NCBI GenBank assembly: GCA_964528025.1
Contig: CAZGOZ010000001.1
Span: 4,398 to 68,397 of the forward strand
DNA from: an uncultured Planctomycetia bacterium
Lineage (GTDB): Bacteria; Omnitrophota; Gorgyraeia; Tantalellales; Tantalellaceae
Length of the DNA: 64,000 nucleotides
Direction: 5' to 3'
The notes beneath the pieces were generated by a model. It was not told the DNA's origin, searched no databases, and saw nothing but the letters and a program-made list of their open reading frames with translations. Of the stretch, positions 52,224 to 61,780 are shown in pieces. Made by a program: the position numbers and the translations under genes. Each line of letters begins with the position of its first letter. Positions within the stretch are counted from its first letter, which is position 1.

Positions 52224-52307
52224 GGTGGGGAGAGAAGGATTCGAACCTTCGAAGGCAGAGCCGACAGATTTACAGTCTGTTGCGTTTAACCACTTCGCTA
52301 TCTCCCC
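52224..52307 (-). tRNA. tRNA-Tyr (anticodon GTA), long variable arm
   Basis: The reverse complement GGGGAGATAGCGAAGTGGTTAAACGCAACAGACTGTAAATCTGTCGGCTCTGCCTTCGAAGGTTCGAATCCTTCTCTCCCCACCA folds as a type II tRNA. Confidence 0.8.
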
Positions 52308-52377
52308 ACGAGAGAGGGATTCCGGAATGTATTGTAGAAAACCGGAATGCGTTTGTAAAGAACTATTAGTATTAGCA

Positions 52378-52478
52378 ATGGATTCCCGCTTTCGCGGGAA
52401 TGACATCTTAACAATGGATTCCCGCTTTCGCGGGGATGACATCTTAACAATGGATCCCCGCTTCCGCGGGGATGACAT
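52378..52478. repeat. Three tandem copies of a 36 bp unit containing a family E GC hairpin
   Basis: acaatggattcccgctttcgcggggatgacatctta x3, with no unique spacers. Confidence 0.8.
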
Positions 52479-52485
52479 TTGAAAC

Positions 52486-52560
52486 TGGAGCCGGCGGAGG
52501 GATTCGAACCCCCGACCAGAGGTTTACAAAACCCCTGCTCTACCCCTGAGCTACGCCGGC
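52486..52560 (-). tRNA. tRNA-Thr (anticodon TGT)
   Basis: The reverse complement has acceptor GCCGGCG, anticodon loop TTTGTAA, T-loop TTCGAAT and encoded CCA. The anticodon call depends on the stem register. Confidence 0.65.
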
Positions 52561-52600
52561 TCGCTCTGCACCATCACCCCTTCGGGGTTAGGTGCTGGGG

Positions 52601-53461
52601 TTATAAACCTGCTTTATCAAACGCTTCGGGCATGTATGTTAGAATGTCGGAAGCGGTCATGCAAAACTGTCCTTTTTTATCGGCGGCTATGTCGCCGGCC
52701 AGGCCGTGGATGTATACTGCGGCGACTGTTGCGCTGTAAGCGTCTATACTCTGCCCTATGAACGATACGATCATTCCGGTCAGAACGTCGCCCGTGCCGC
52801 CCGAGGCCATGCCGGAATTACCGGTCTTGTTCACATAAACTTTTCCTTGCGGATCCGCAACGACGGTTTCGTGGCCTTTAAGGCATACGATTGCGCCGGT
52901 TAGCTCGGCAACGCTACGCGCGATGCTTTCCCGGCTCGCCTGCACTTCATCCGCGACCTTACCCGTCAGGCGCGCCATCTCACCGGGATGCGGCGTAATG
53001 ACTGTTTGCGCCTGTCTGGCTGTTAAGGGACTAAGATCACCCTCAAGGGCATTTATTCCGTCGGCGTCCAGAACAACAGGCATCGTCAGTTCTTCAAGCA
53101 GTTCTCTGACGAGTTTCTGCGTTTCATTATCGGTTCCCAGGCCGGGGCCTATCGCAACGGCATTACATTTCTTCGCGAAATGCAGTATCTCTTTTTTCGC
53201 CTTGAGCGCCAAAGATAAATTCTTCGTCTCCGGAAGAGGCAGAGTCATGACTTCGGTCAGCTTGGTCTCCATTATTGAGTTCAATAATCGCGGGATACCG
53301 TTCGTGACAAGACCGCTGCCCGAGATGAGCGCGCCCTGTGACGACAGAAACGCCGCGCCCGTCATCCCCCGCGAACCCGCGAGAATTAATACCCTGCCGT
53401 AATCACCCTTGTGAGAATCTTTTTTGCGACCGGAAATCTTCTTTATATGTTCATGCACCAT
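52601..53461 (-). CDS. nnrD: ADP-dependent NAD(P)H-hydrate dehydratase (YjeF C-terminal domain)
   Basis: KGDYGRVLILAGSRGMTGAAFL. Confidence 0.8.
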   Translation of the reverse strand: MVHEHIKKISGRKKDSHKGDYGRVLILAGSRGMTGAAFLSSQGALISGSGLVTNGIPRLLNSIMETKLTEVMTLPLPETKNLSLALKAKKEILHFAKKCNAVAIGPGLGTDNETQKLVRELLEELTMPVVLDADGINALEGDLSPLTARQAQTVITPHPGEMARLTGKVADEVQASRESIARSVAELTGAIVCLKGHETVVADPQGKVYVNKTGNSGMASGGTGDVLTGMIVSFIGQSIDAYSATVAAVYIHGLAGDIAADKKGQFCMTASDILTYMPEAFDKAGL

Positions 53462-53843
53462 CTTTTACCCCCACTGCGCTGGATATTGCAAGATCTTTTG
53501 TATGAGAAATACTTATAAAGACCCGTGAAAGGCCGTATTTTTTCTTTAATCGTTCGGCTTCGCCGTGCAGAACGACATATGGTTTACCATCAGAGTCGTT
53601 CAATATCTCAATTTCCGGCCAGTTGAGCCCTATACGCGCGCCTTCAGGAAGCGCTTTTTTCACCGCTTCCTTGGCGGCGAATTTACCGGCCATGTGCGCC
53701 GGCGCCGGGGTTGTTTTTCCATTGGCATGAGCCAGCTCTTTTTCCGTGAATATTCTCTTCAGAAAATTCATGCCGCGCTGATCTATCACCCGCTGAAACC
53801 GTTCTATTTTTACGGCATCCACGCCTATCCCTAAAACGCTCAT
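53451..53843 (-). CDS. acpS: Holo-ACP synthase
   Basis: MSVLGIGVDAVKIERF. Confidence 0.8.
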   Translation of the reverse strand: MSVLGIGVDAVKIERFQRVIDQRGMNFLKRIFTEKELAHANGKTTPAPAHMAGKFAAKEAVKKALPEGARIGLNWPEIEILNDSDGKPYVVLHGEAERLKKKYGLSRVFISISHTKDLAISSAVGVKDGA

Positions 53844-54556
53844 TTTATAAGATCCTTCATCTCTTTTACCGCCGCGGATATCCCCACGAACACCGCTCGT
53901 GATATTATTGAATGACCGATATTGACCTCATGCATGCCTACGATACGCGCCACAGGAGTTACATTAAGATAATTCAACCCGTGCCCGGCGCATGCTATAA
54001 GCTCTTTACTTATAGCATGTTCTGTCATGCCACGCAAGATCTCAAGCTCTTTTTCATGATCGCCGCCTGAGTTAAACACTTCGGCGTATCGGCCGGTGTG
54101 AAACTCTATCATGCCGGCGCCTGTCTTGCGGGCGGCTTGTATCTGCGACGCCTCCGGATCAATAAAAAGGCTTACCTCTATACCGGATGCCGTCAGCTTC
54201 TCAACGACCTCTTTCACTCTATCAAAATTACCCGCAACGTCAAGCCCGCCCTCGGTAGTTATTTCCTTGCGGTTCTCGGGAACAAGCGTCGCCCGGCGCG
54301 GCCGGGTTCTGCACGCGATATCAACAATCTCGGAATCTACCGACATTTCAAGGTTTAGTTTTGTCGTAACGGTTTTTTTTAGAGCCGCCAGATCCGCATC
54401 GTTTATGTGACGCCTGTCTTTTCGGAGATGACAAACGATTCCATCGCATCCGGCTTTTTCACAAAGAACAGCCGCTTTTACCGGGTCGGGTTCAAACGTT
54501 TTACGCGCTTCCCGCACAGTAGCAACATGATCAATGTTTACTCCGAGTTCAACCAT
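53840..54556 (-). CDS. pdxJ: Pyridoxine 5'-phosphate synthase
   Basis: GVNIDHVATVR. Confidence 0.85.
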   Translation of the reverse strand: MVELGVNIDHVATVREARKTFEPDPVKAAVLCEKAGCDGIVCHLRKDRRHINDADLAALKKTVTTKLNLEMSVDSEIVDIACRTRPRRATLVPENRKEITTEGGLDVAGNFDRVKEVVEKLTASGIEVSLFIDPEASQIQAARKTGAGMIEFHTGRYAEVFNSGGDHEKELEILRGMTEHAISKELIACAGHGLNYLNVTPVARIVGMHEVNIGHSIISRAVFVGISAAVKEMKDLIK

Positions 54557-55022
54557 TGCTCTCTTTTTCCGCCGGAACGGCGGCAGGGGCCGTGGATTCT
54601 ACCGGAAGATAAACTTCCACAATCTTTTCTTCAATCTGCAGAAGGTCTCTGTCGGAATGCAAGCCGAGGTGCAGTGTTACGGTGCGGGTATGTTCATTAA
54701 GGTTGATCGTATCGGTCAGAAGTTCTTTCATGTCGTAGACAACGTCCTTGGGACCATGAATCGCTAACCGCGGCGGAGTTATTTTAACCTTGCTAAGAAT
54801 CGCGCGATACCCTTCCGGAGATTTTCCGGAAAAAAGCGGCTTTATCGGAAGTTCTTTAGTGATGAACGTATACTTGGAGAAAACGTCTTCAGCCGTTTCT
54901 TTCCTCTTAAGAAAAAAATCATTGCTGACAAGGTCAAAAACATAGAACCATGTCGCAACCGCCAAAACGAGCGAAATGACCTTCGGCCAGAAATTACTAA
55001 AAATGACACTCCACAGTTTCAT
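54549..55022 (-). CDS. YbbR/CdaR-like regulator of diadenylate cyclase (membrane-anchored)
   Basis: An N-terminal TM helix with a gene immediately downstream of cdaA; a synteny-based call. Confidence 0.5.
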   Translation of the reverse strand: MKLWSVIFSNFWPKVISLVLAVATWFYVFDLVSNDFFLKRKETAEDVFSKYTFITKELPIKPLFSGKSPEGYRAILSKVKITPPRLAIHGPKDVVYDMKELLTDTINLNEHTRTVTLHLGLHSDRDLLQIEEKIVEVYLPVESTAPAAVPAEKESNG

Positions 55023-55029
55023 GATATCC

Positions 55030-55833
55030 TCAGGGACGCATTCCCTTGCTTTTTGTTAAAAGTCTTTTCAGAACCGCCAGAAAAGACCGTTTTCTTATCT
55101 TGGGCATATAGGCCTTTTCCAGCATTTTTGACACATCTTTATGGTCGTCCACTTCCTTTATTCTGCCGGCCTCAGCCAGAGAAATACGTCCGGTCTCGCC
55201 GCTTACCGCAATTACGATAGCGTCCGTCTCCTCGCTCAATCCCAGGGCCGCTCGGTGTCTGGTTCCCATCGTCTTAGGAACATTCGGATTCTGCGTCAGA
55301 GGAAAAAGACATGCCGCCGCTTCTATGCGTTGTTCCGCCGAAACTATGATTCCGCCGTCATGCAGTGGCGCCCGGGGCGCGAATATCGTGTTTATCAGCT
55401 CGCTTGTAACCCTGCTGTCTATGCTTACGCCGCTTTCAACATAACGCCGCAGGCCGGTTTCTCTTTCAATCGCGATAAGAGCCCCTATTTTTTTCTTTGA
55501 TAATATAACCGCCGCTCTTGCCACTTCACTAAGCGTCTCTTTCTCCCCGGAGAATATTCCAAACCGCCCGATGCTGGCCAAACCGCGCCGGACCTCAGGC
55601 TGAAAAATAACAAGAAACGCTATAACCGAAATAGCCAGAAACCTCGTCAACATCCAGTTGATAATATCAAGGTTCAGCCCTCTTGTCAGCATGATGACCG
55701 CCGTGATTATGATTATGCCTTTCAGCACCTGTTCCGCAACAGTTCCCTTCAAGAGCAGATATATCAGATAAAAAGCACCCCAGAGGATAAGCACTTCAAG
55801 TATTACTTTTCCTGAACCAAATAAAAATACCAT
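55030..55833 (-). CDS. cdaA: Diadenylate cyclase CdaA (DisA_N domain)
   Basis: LHDGGII and GTRHRAA motifs with an N-terminal TM segment. Confidence 0.85.
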   Translation of the reverse strand: MVFLFGSGKVILEVLILWGAFYLIYLLLKGTVAEQVLKGIIIITAVIMLTRGLNLDIINWMLTRFLAISVIAFLVIFQPEVRRGLASIGRFGIFSGEKETLSEVARAAVILSKKKIGALIAIERETGLRRYVESGVSIDSRVTSELINTIFAPRAPLHDGGIIVSAEQRIEAAACLFPLTQNPNVPKTMGTRHRAALGLSEETDAIVIAVSGETGRISLAEAGRIKEVDDHKDVSKMLEKAYMPKIRKRSFLAVLKRLLTKSKGMRP

Positions 55834-55835
55834 AT

Positions 55836-56675
55836 TTATGCACCTGCTATCGCGTCCGTGACACGCGTTACATCGCGCATCATATCAACATCATGCACCC
55901 TTACGATATGGGCGCCGTTCATTACAGCCGCCGCAAGAGTCGCCGCTGTTCCGAATACTCTTTTTCCCGCGTCTTTCCCGGTAAGCTTTCCGATAAACGA
56001 TTTGCGCGACGTGCCGACCATTATGGGTTTATCCAGCACCCCCAGACGGCGCAAATCCCGCAGTATCTCAAGATTCTGTTCCAGAGTTTTACCAAACCCG
56101 ATACCCGGATCAATAATGATCTTGGCCCGATCTATTCCCGCCTCTGTCGCCAAAGCAATGGCTCCCGATAGATACGATGCTACCTCTTTCATCATGTCTT
56201 CATAAAAAGGCTTATCCTGCATGGTTTGCGGCTCGCCTTTCATGTGCATGAGAATAACCCCGGCATCAAAACGCGCGATCGTGCGCGCCATGTCGCGATC
56301 TCCCCTCAGCGCCGTGATATCGTTTACAATAGCAACCCCTTCGGCAAGCGCCGCCTCGGCTACCGCGCTTTTCCACGTATCAATAGACAACGGCACATTC
56401 ACGACGTTCCGCAGCGCCTTGATAACCGGCATGACACGGCCAAGTTCCTCTTCCGCCGTGATACGTTCCGACCCGGGACGGGAAGATTCCCCGCCGATAT
56501 CAATTATATCCACACCTTCGGCGGACATCGCAAGGGCTTTTTCCACCGCGCGTTCCGGATCAAGATACATGCCGCCGTCACTAAACGAATCGGAAGTAAC
56601 ATTCAATATACCCATGATACATGTGCGTTCACTGATCGGCAACACGTGGTTTTTCAGGTATATATTTTCAGGCAT
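55836..56675 (-). CDS. folP: Dihydropteroate synthase
   Basis: GILNVTSDSFSDGG. The ORF extends to 56741 over the ftsH 3' end; start chosen at MPENIY. Confidence 0.8.
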   Translation of the reverse strand: MPENIYLKNHVLPISERTCIMGILNVTSDSFSDGGMYLDPERAVEKALAMSAEGVDIIDIGGESSRPGSERITAEEELGRVMPVIKALRNVVNVPLSIDTWKSAVAEAALAEGVAIVNDITALRGDRDMARTIARFDAGVILMHMKGEPQTMQDKPFYEDMMKEVASYLSGAIALATEAGIDRAKIIIDPGIGFGKTLEQNLEILRDLRRLGVLDKPIMVGTSRKSFIGKLTGKDAGKRVFGTAATLAAAVMNGAHIVRVHDVDMMRDVTRVTDAIAGA

Positions 56676-58701
56676 TATCCTCAATGTCTTTCTGCTTTTT
56701 CTCTTTTTTTTCTTTTTCTTTTTTTTCAACGGGAAGGACAAAACCGAGAAGTTTCCGCACTTCGGCTTCGTTCATTGTTTCTTTTTCCACCAGCTTAACG
56801 GCCAGCATATCAAGCTTTTCCTTGTTTTCGGATAACCTGCTTTCGGCAACCTCATAACAGTGGCCTATAATCCGCTTAACTTCTTCATCAATAATACGCG
56901 CGGTTTCTTCGCTGTAATTACGTTCTTCCGATATGTCCCGGCCGAGAAATATCTGCGCATGCCGTCTTCCGACAGTGATATGCCCGAGCCGGTCGCTCAT
57001 GCCATACTGCGTTACCATGTCACGGGCCAGTTCCGTTGCCTTTTTGATGTCGTCCTGGGCTCCCGTGGAAATCTCGCCAAATGCGATGCTTTCCGCGGCG
57101 CGGCCGCCGAGCATGCCGGCGATTTTTCCGATAAACTGGGTTTTTTTGTAAAGATATCTGTCCTCCCGGGGCAGCTGCATTGTATATCCCAGCGCCATGC
57201 CGCGGGAAACAATCGTAACTTTATGCAGGGGATCCGCGCCGTCAATAAGATATGACATCAACGCGTGACCCGCTTCATGATACGCTATGATATTTTTTTC
57301 TTCATCGCTTATTTTTCTGGATCTTCTCTGCGGGCCCGCGAGAATTCGCTCCATCGCTTCCTGCAGTTCTTCAATGCTGACGGCATCCTTGTTCTTTCTG
57401 GCCCCGAGCAGAGCGGATTCGTTTATAATATTCGCCAGATCCGCGCCGGAAAACCCCGCGGTCTGCTGAGCGATCTTATACAGGTCCAGACCCTTTTCTA
57501 TCTTGATATGCTTGGCGTGCACTTTTAGTATCGCGTCCCGGCCGACGATATCGGGCAGACCCACGACTACCTGCCTGTCAAAACGACCCGGTCTCATCAG
57601 AGCCGGATCCAGAACGTCGGGCCTGTTCGTTCCCGCGAGCAAAATAACCCCGGTTCCCGTGTCAAACCCGTCCATCTCGGAAAGAAGAGCGTTAAGCGTC
57701 TGTTCTCTTTCATCGTGACCGCCGCCTATTCCGGAAAATCTCTGCCGCCCTACCGCGTCTATCTCGTCTATGAATATGATGCAGCCCTTCTTGCTCATAT
57801 TGACTGATTTCTTCGCTTTTTCAAAAAGGTCTCTAACGCGTGAAGCTCCCACACCGACAAACATCTCCACGAAATCGGAACCCGAAAGACTGAAAAAAGG
57901 AACATCGGCTTCACCGGCAACGGCCTTCGCGAGCAGTGTCTTACCCGTCCCCGGAGGGCCCATCAGCAGCACCCCCTTGGGCATTTTTCCGCCGAGTTTC
58001 TGGAACTTGGTCGGTTCTTTGAGAAACTCAATAACTTCTTTGAGTTCTTCCTTGGCTTCTTCAATACCGGCGACATCGTCAAAAGTGACCTTCATCCTGC
58101 CTTTTACCGCAAGTTTAGCTCTTGACTTGCCGAACGACATCATCTTGCCTCCGCCGGACGCCGCGCCTCTGTAGATGAAAAACCACAGAAAAAGCATGAA
58201 GATCAGCATCGGACCCAGCGAATAAAACAGGTTGGACAAAAAGGTTTGCGGCGGTTTGATGTCAAACTCCTGGACATTCTCCCGCAAGAGCTTAACCAGA
58301 CCGGGATCTTCCTGCGGTTCCGGGATATTTACGATAAAAGTTTTTCCGTTGGTGAGTTTTCCTATGATACGAGACCTCATTTTAACAGCCGACTGAATTT
58401 CTCCCGTCGTGCTGTTGGCCTCAACCATCTGGTAGAACGACTTGTAGGTGATTTCTCCGGAGGACTCTTCAATAGAGGAAAAAACCCATTGAAAAACCAG
58501 AAAAAGCCCCACGACAATCATTATCCAGACAAACCTGTCAGGGATATTTTTCTTGTTCTTCGCCGGATCCTTCCGGTTGCCCGGGTTTTTCCTGGATTTA
58601 TTCTCCATCTTGTCCTTCGTCATGCCCCGCCTACATATAGTAAATAATCTTAATATTGATGCTATTGTAGCATACGCATTAGGCTCAGTCAACACGGTCA
58701 A
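56668..58701 (-). CDS. ftsH: ATP-dependent zinc metalloprotease FtsH
   Basis: AAA Walker A GPPGTGKT and the HEAGHA zinc motif. The real start is probably an internal Met (M26 or M32). Confidence 0.9.
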   Translation of the reverse strand: MTVLTEPNAYATIASILRLFTICRRGMTKDKMENKSRKNPGNRKDPAKNKKNIPDRFVWIMIVVGLFLVFQWVFSSIEESSGEITYKSFYQMVEANSTTGEIQSAVKMRSRIIGKLTNGKTFIVNIPEPQEDPGLVKLLRENVQEFDIKPPQTFLSNLFYSLGPMLIFMLFLWFFIYRGAASGGGKMMSFGKSRAKLAVKGRMKVTFDDVAGIEEAKEELKEVIEFLKEPTKFQKLGGKMPKGVLLMGPPGTGKTLLAKAVAGEADVPFFSLSGSDFVEMFVGVGASRVRDLFEKAKKSVNMSKKGCIIFIDEIDAVGRQRFSGIGGGHDEREQTLNALLSEMDGFDTGTGVILLAGTNRPDVLDPALMRPGRFDRQVVVGLPDIVGRDAILKVHAKHIKIEKGLDLYKIAQQTAGFSGADLANIINESALLGARKNKDAVSIEELQEAMERILAGPQRRSRKISDEEKNIIAYHEAGHALMSYLIDGADPLHKVTIVSRGMALGYTMQLPREDRYLYKKTQFIGKIAGMLGGRAAESIAFGEISTGAQDDIKKATELARDMVTQYGMSDRLGHITVGRRHAQIFLGRDISEERNYSEETARIIDEEVKRIIGHCYEVAESRLSENKEKLDMLAVKLVEKETMNEAEVRKLLGFVLPVEKKEKEKKEKKQKDIEDNA

Positions 58702-58705
58702 ACAC

Positions 58706-59785
58706 TTACTTAGACGGCCGGGAACGCTTAACGAACATTATTTCGTCGGCAGTTCGTTTCACTTTCACGCCGCCGGGAAGATCCAGAGACATATTTTTTG
58801 ACGCCGTTCTTAAAAAATAATCTACGTCCATCCAGTGACGATACGTGAGGCCCTTTATGTCTCCACCCGCTTTTCTGAAAAGTTCTTTGAAGAGTTCTTT
58901 TCTGAGCACGGCGTGCTGAAGCAGAATATCTTTCAGCTTCATGCGCGCGAATGCGCCGGAGTCGGAACCGGACGTATATTTTTGAATGGTTCTTTGTTTT
59001 TGGTCGTGGGAAAACTCGAGATCTTCCCTCAAAATATCCGAAAGGTTCACGAGTGAGCGTTTTAGCCGCGGATTGTATTTTTCCAGAAACGGCAGTATTT
59101 CATGCCGGGTTCTGTTGCGTTGAAACTTCATGTCCGTATTGGAACTGTCTTCGGCGTATCCCAGGGCTTCTTTTTTTAAAAATTCAAGGATATCCCTCCG
59201 CGCGGTTCTGATCAAGGGCCGCACGAGACGCCGCCCGCGTTCTTCCCTCACGGGAGGAATGCCGGTTATGCCGGCAAGAGACGAACCGTTGATGACCCGC
59301 ATTAAAACTGTTTCGGCCTGATCATCCATCGTATGCCCCGTTGCGATAACGTTACATCCGTTCGCGGCGGCCGTTTCCGATAAAAACGCGTATCTTTTTT
59401 CCCGCGCGTGTTCCTCTAATGAAGCGTTCTTTTTTAAAACGCTCTTCAAGTTTATTTTACGGGATACGCATACAAAGCGCAGTTTTTCGGAAAACTTTTT
59501 TACGAACGCCGCATCTCTTTTGGATTCGGCGCCTCTCAGTCCATGGTCCAGAGTTCCGACGACAATATCTATGCCCAGTTTTTTTCGCATGTCAAAAAGC
59601 GCTTTTAAAAGACACACCGAGTCCGCTCCTCCGGAAACAGCAACGAGCACTTTATCCCCCGGATGCAGCATGTCATAATGTTTTATGGTGTCGTTCACCC
59701 TTTTTAGAAAGGCGGAACGCGACAGGTTTTTTTTGCGGGGTGTTTTCATTTTTGTTTTCATCTTACGGACGTTTCGGGCAGACAC
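58706..59785 (-). CDS. tilS: tRNA(Ile)-lysidine synthase
   Basis: PP-loop SGGADS. Confidence 0.85.
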   Translation of the reverse strand: MSARNVRKMKTKMKTPRKKNLSRSAFLKRVNDTIKHYDMLHPGDKVLVAVSGGADSVCLLKALFDMRKKLGIDIVVGTLDHGLRGAESKRDAAFVKKFSEKLRFVCVSRKINLKSVLKKNASLEEHAREKRYAFLSETAAANGCNVIATGHTMDDQAETVLMRVINGSSLAGITGIPPVREERGRRLVRPLIRTARRDILEFLKKEALGYAEDSSNTDMKFQRNRTRHEILPFLEKYNPRLKRSLVNLSDILREDLEFSHDQKQRTIQKYTSGSDSGAFARMKLKDILLQHAVLRKELFKELFRKAGGDIKGLTYRHWMDVDYFLRTASKNMSLDLPGGVKVKRTADEIMFVKRSRPSK

Positions 59786-59797
59786 ATGGGTCTGCCC

Positions 59798-60355
59798 CTA
59801 CTTGTCTTTTTGTTTTTTATTCTTTCGTAATTTGTCTTCTAAGCTGTAAATACATCCGCAGTAATTCTGGCGATATAGGTTCCACTCTTGGGATAACTCG
59901 GCGGCTCTTTGAGATCCGCCTTTTTTTCTGAAGTCCACGGCCATGAAGCGGTCCCCGCCTATCGCGCGCCCGATATCACTTATGAGTTTCGCGTCTTTCA
60001 TGGGGCTCGCCGCCAGCGTGGTAGCGAAGGAGTCAAACATGTTCTTTTTAAGATATTCATACGTCTTTTCTAAACGCATCCGAAAACATGCTTCACAGCG
60101 AATTCCTCCCTCCGGTTCATACTCCTTGCCCTTGACCATTTCAAACCATTTCTCCCGGTTATACGGGCCTTCTACCAGCTCAAACGACAGCTCGCGAGAT
60201 ACCTGCCGCGCCGCCTCAAGACGTTTCGCGTATTCGTCTTGCGGGTGAATGTTCGGGTTATAAAAAAACCCTGTTACGCGGTGCCCTTCGCACATCAGGC
60301 GCTCGGCCGCCGGTATCGCGCATATTCCGCAGCATATGTGTAGTAATACTTTCAT
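59798..60355 (-). CDS. queH: Epoxyqueuosine reductase QueH (DUF208)
   Basis: LLHICCGICA plus conserved Cys. Confidence 0.7.
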   Translation of the reverse strand: MKVLLHICCGICAIPAAERLMCEGHRVTGFFYNPNIHPQDEYAKRLEAARQVSRELSFELVEGPYNREKWFEMVKGKEYEPEGGIRCEACFRMRLEKTYEYLKKNMFDSFATTLAASPMKDAKLISDIGRAIGGDRFMAVDFRKKGGSQRAAELSQEWNLYRQNYCGCIYSLEDKLRKNKKQKDK

Positions 60356-60367
60356 TTGTTCCGCCTC

Positions 60368-60530
60368 AATTGGTAGGTCACCCTAAAGGGTGACCTACGA
60401 CTTTTCTCTTTGCTGGTAGGTCACCCTAAAGGGTGACCTACGACTTTTCTCTTTGCTGGTAGGTCACCCTAAAGGGTGACCTACGGCTTTTCTCTTTGCT
60501 GGTAGGTCACCCTAAAGGGTGACCTACTCT
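60368..60530. repeat. Four tandem 43 bp units, each with a perfect 26 bp palindrome
   Basis: gctggtaggtcaccctaaagggtgacctacgacttttctcttt x4. The spacers are identical, so this is not a CRISPR array. Confidence 0.85.
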
Positions 60531-61468
60531 GTGGATAATTTCCACCCGCGGACCGACTTGCGCAATCCCTCTTCGGTGGAGATTTGCGGATCGTATCCGA
60601 GAAGCTCTCGCGCCCGCGAAATATCGTAAACCCTGTCTTTGAATATCCTGTCCGCTTTTTTTTGGAAAAACGGAGCAAGCATGAGTATCTTCACTATGGG
60701 CGCCGGCACGACCGGCGGGCGGGCCTTGCCTAACTCATCATACAGTATTTCCAGGAGTTTCCGCAAGGTTATGATCTCTTTATCCGCAATCATGAAGGTG
60801 CCCTCGGCGGACTCGTCTTTTTCAATCGCGAGTATCATCGCCTGGACGAGATTTTCAATATATACCAGGGCGAGTCTGGAATCCATGCCCGGCACATTGA
60901 GCACCGGCAGGCGCCGGTGTTTCACCAGTTGCAGTATCTTTCCCAGCCCATGAGGTTCGTCCGCGCCGTAAACGATGCAGGGGCGTATCACAGACACGCA
61001 AAGGCCTTTTCCCCTGAACCCGATAACTATACGCTCGGCCTCAGCCTTGCTCCTGCCGTAAGCGTCAGAAACCTCATATGGCAGATCATCAGTGAGCGGA
61101 CTATCGGGGTTACCGCTGACCACGGCAACAGAACTAAGATAAATAAGTTTTTTAACGCCATAATCAAGGCATGCTTTGCATATAAGGCGAGTTCCCTCAA
61201 TATTACTTTCACGAAGTTTTTTTTCATCGCAAGTCTGCACACTCCCGGCGCAGTGAAAGACAACATCCGGTCTAAGACGACCGAACACGTTATCTACTTC
61301 CCCAGCATGGGCTATATCACCATAAACAAGCGGTATGCGCGCTTGACGCAAAAAATCAATCTTGCTTGTCTTTCTGACCAGACAAACAAGGTCGCTCCCG
61401 TCTTTCGCAAGACGCGCCGCAAGGTGCCTTCCAATAAACCCGGTCGCCCCGGTTACGAGTATTTTCAT
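60524..61468 (-). CDS. NAD-dependent epimerase/dehydratase (SDR family)
   Basis: ILVTGATGFIGRHL Rossmann motif. Confidence 0.8.
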   Translation of the reverse strand: MKILVTGATGFIGRHLAARLAKDGSDLVCLVRKTSKIDFLRQARIPLVYGDIAHAGEVDNVFGRLRPDVVFHCAGSVQTCDEKKLRESNIEGTRLICKACLDYGVKKLIYLSSVAVVSGNPDSPLTDDLPYEVSDAYGRSKAEAERIVIGFRGKGLCVSVIRPCIVYGADEPHGLGKILQLVKHRRLPVLNVPGMDSRLALVYIENLVQAMILAIEKDESAEGTFMIADKEIITLRKLLEILYDELGKARPPVVPAPIVKILMLAPFFQKKADRIFKDRVYDISRARELLGYDPQISTEEGLRKSVRGWKLSTE

Positions 61469-61501
61469 ATTATCGCCCAGTAGGGGCGGGGTTCCCCCGC
61501 C

Positions 61502-61780
61502 CTACGCCTCGCTTTTCACCGTATCTCCCATTATCTTCTTCACCACGATAAACAAGCACAAAATGATTGAGACACTGTTCGCCAGTATAAGCGGAAATTC
61601 TCTTATAAGAAGACCGTAAACCAGCCATAGCGCAATGCCCAGAGACAGCACCAGATACATACAGAGCGATATGTCTCTCACGTGTCCCGTCTTAAGAATC
61701 TTTATTATCTGCGGAATAAACGACACTGATGTGCAAATGCCGGCGATAATACCGATGGTTCCGATATGAAAATCATTCAT
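61502..61780 (-). CDS. SemiSWEET / PQ-loop sugar transporter
   Basis: 92 aa with three TM segments and a PQ motif (IPQIIKILKTG). Confidence 0.7.
   Translation of the reverse strand: MNDFHIGTIGIIAGICTSVSFIPQIIKILKTGHVRDISLCMYLVLSLGIALWLVYGLLIREFPLILANSVSIILCLFIVVKKIMGDTVKSEA

Noticed and set aside
52378-52478. Possible CRISPR array: a 36 bp unit repeated three times, with ORF-track peptides showing the repeats
   Set aside because: The units are contiguous and identical, with no unique spacers. The core is the same GC hairpin found singly elsewhere (family E). No cas genes are nearby.
51896-52482. ORFs 51896-52132 (-), 51946-52482 (+), 52014-52289 (+) and 52158-52478 (-)
   Set aside because: They span tandem hairpin repeats and two tRNA genes. 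Peptides such as MSSPRKRGSIVKMSSPRKRESIVKM are repeat-derived.
60368-60530. Possible CRISPR array: four 43 bp repeats
   Set aside because: The spacer-like 17 bp linkers are identical in every unit, so this is a simple tandem repeat of a palindromic unit.
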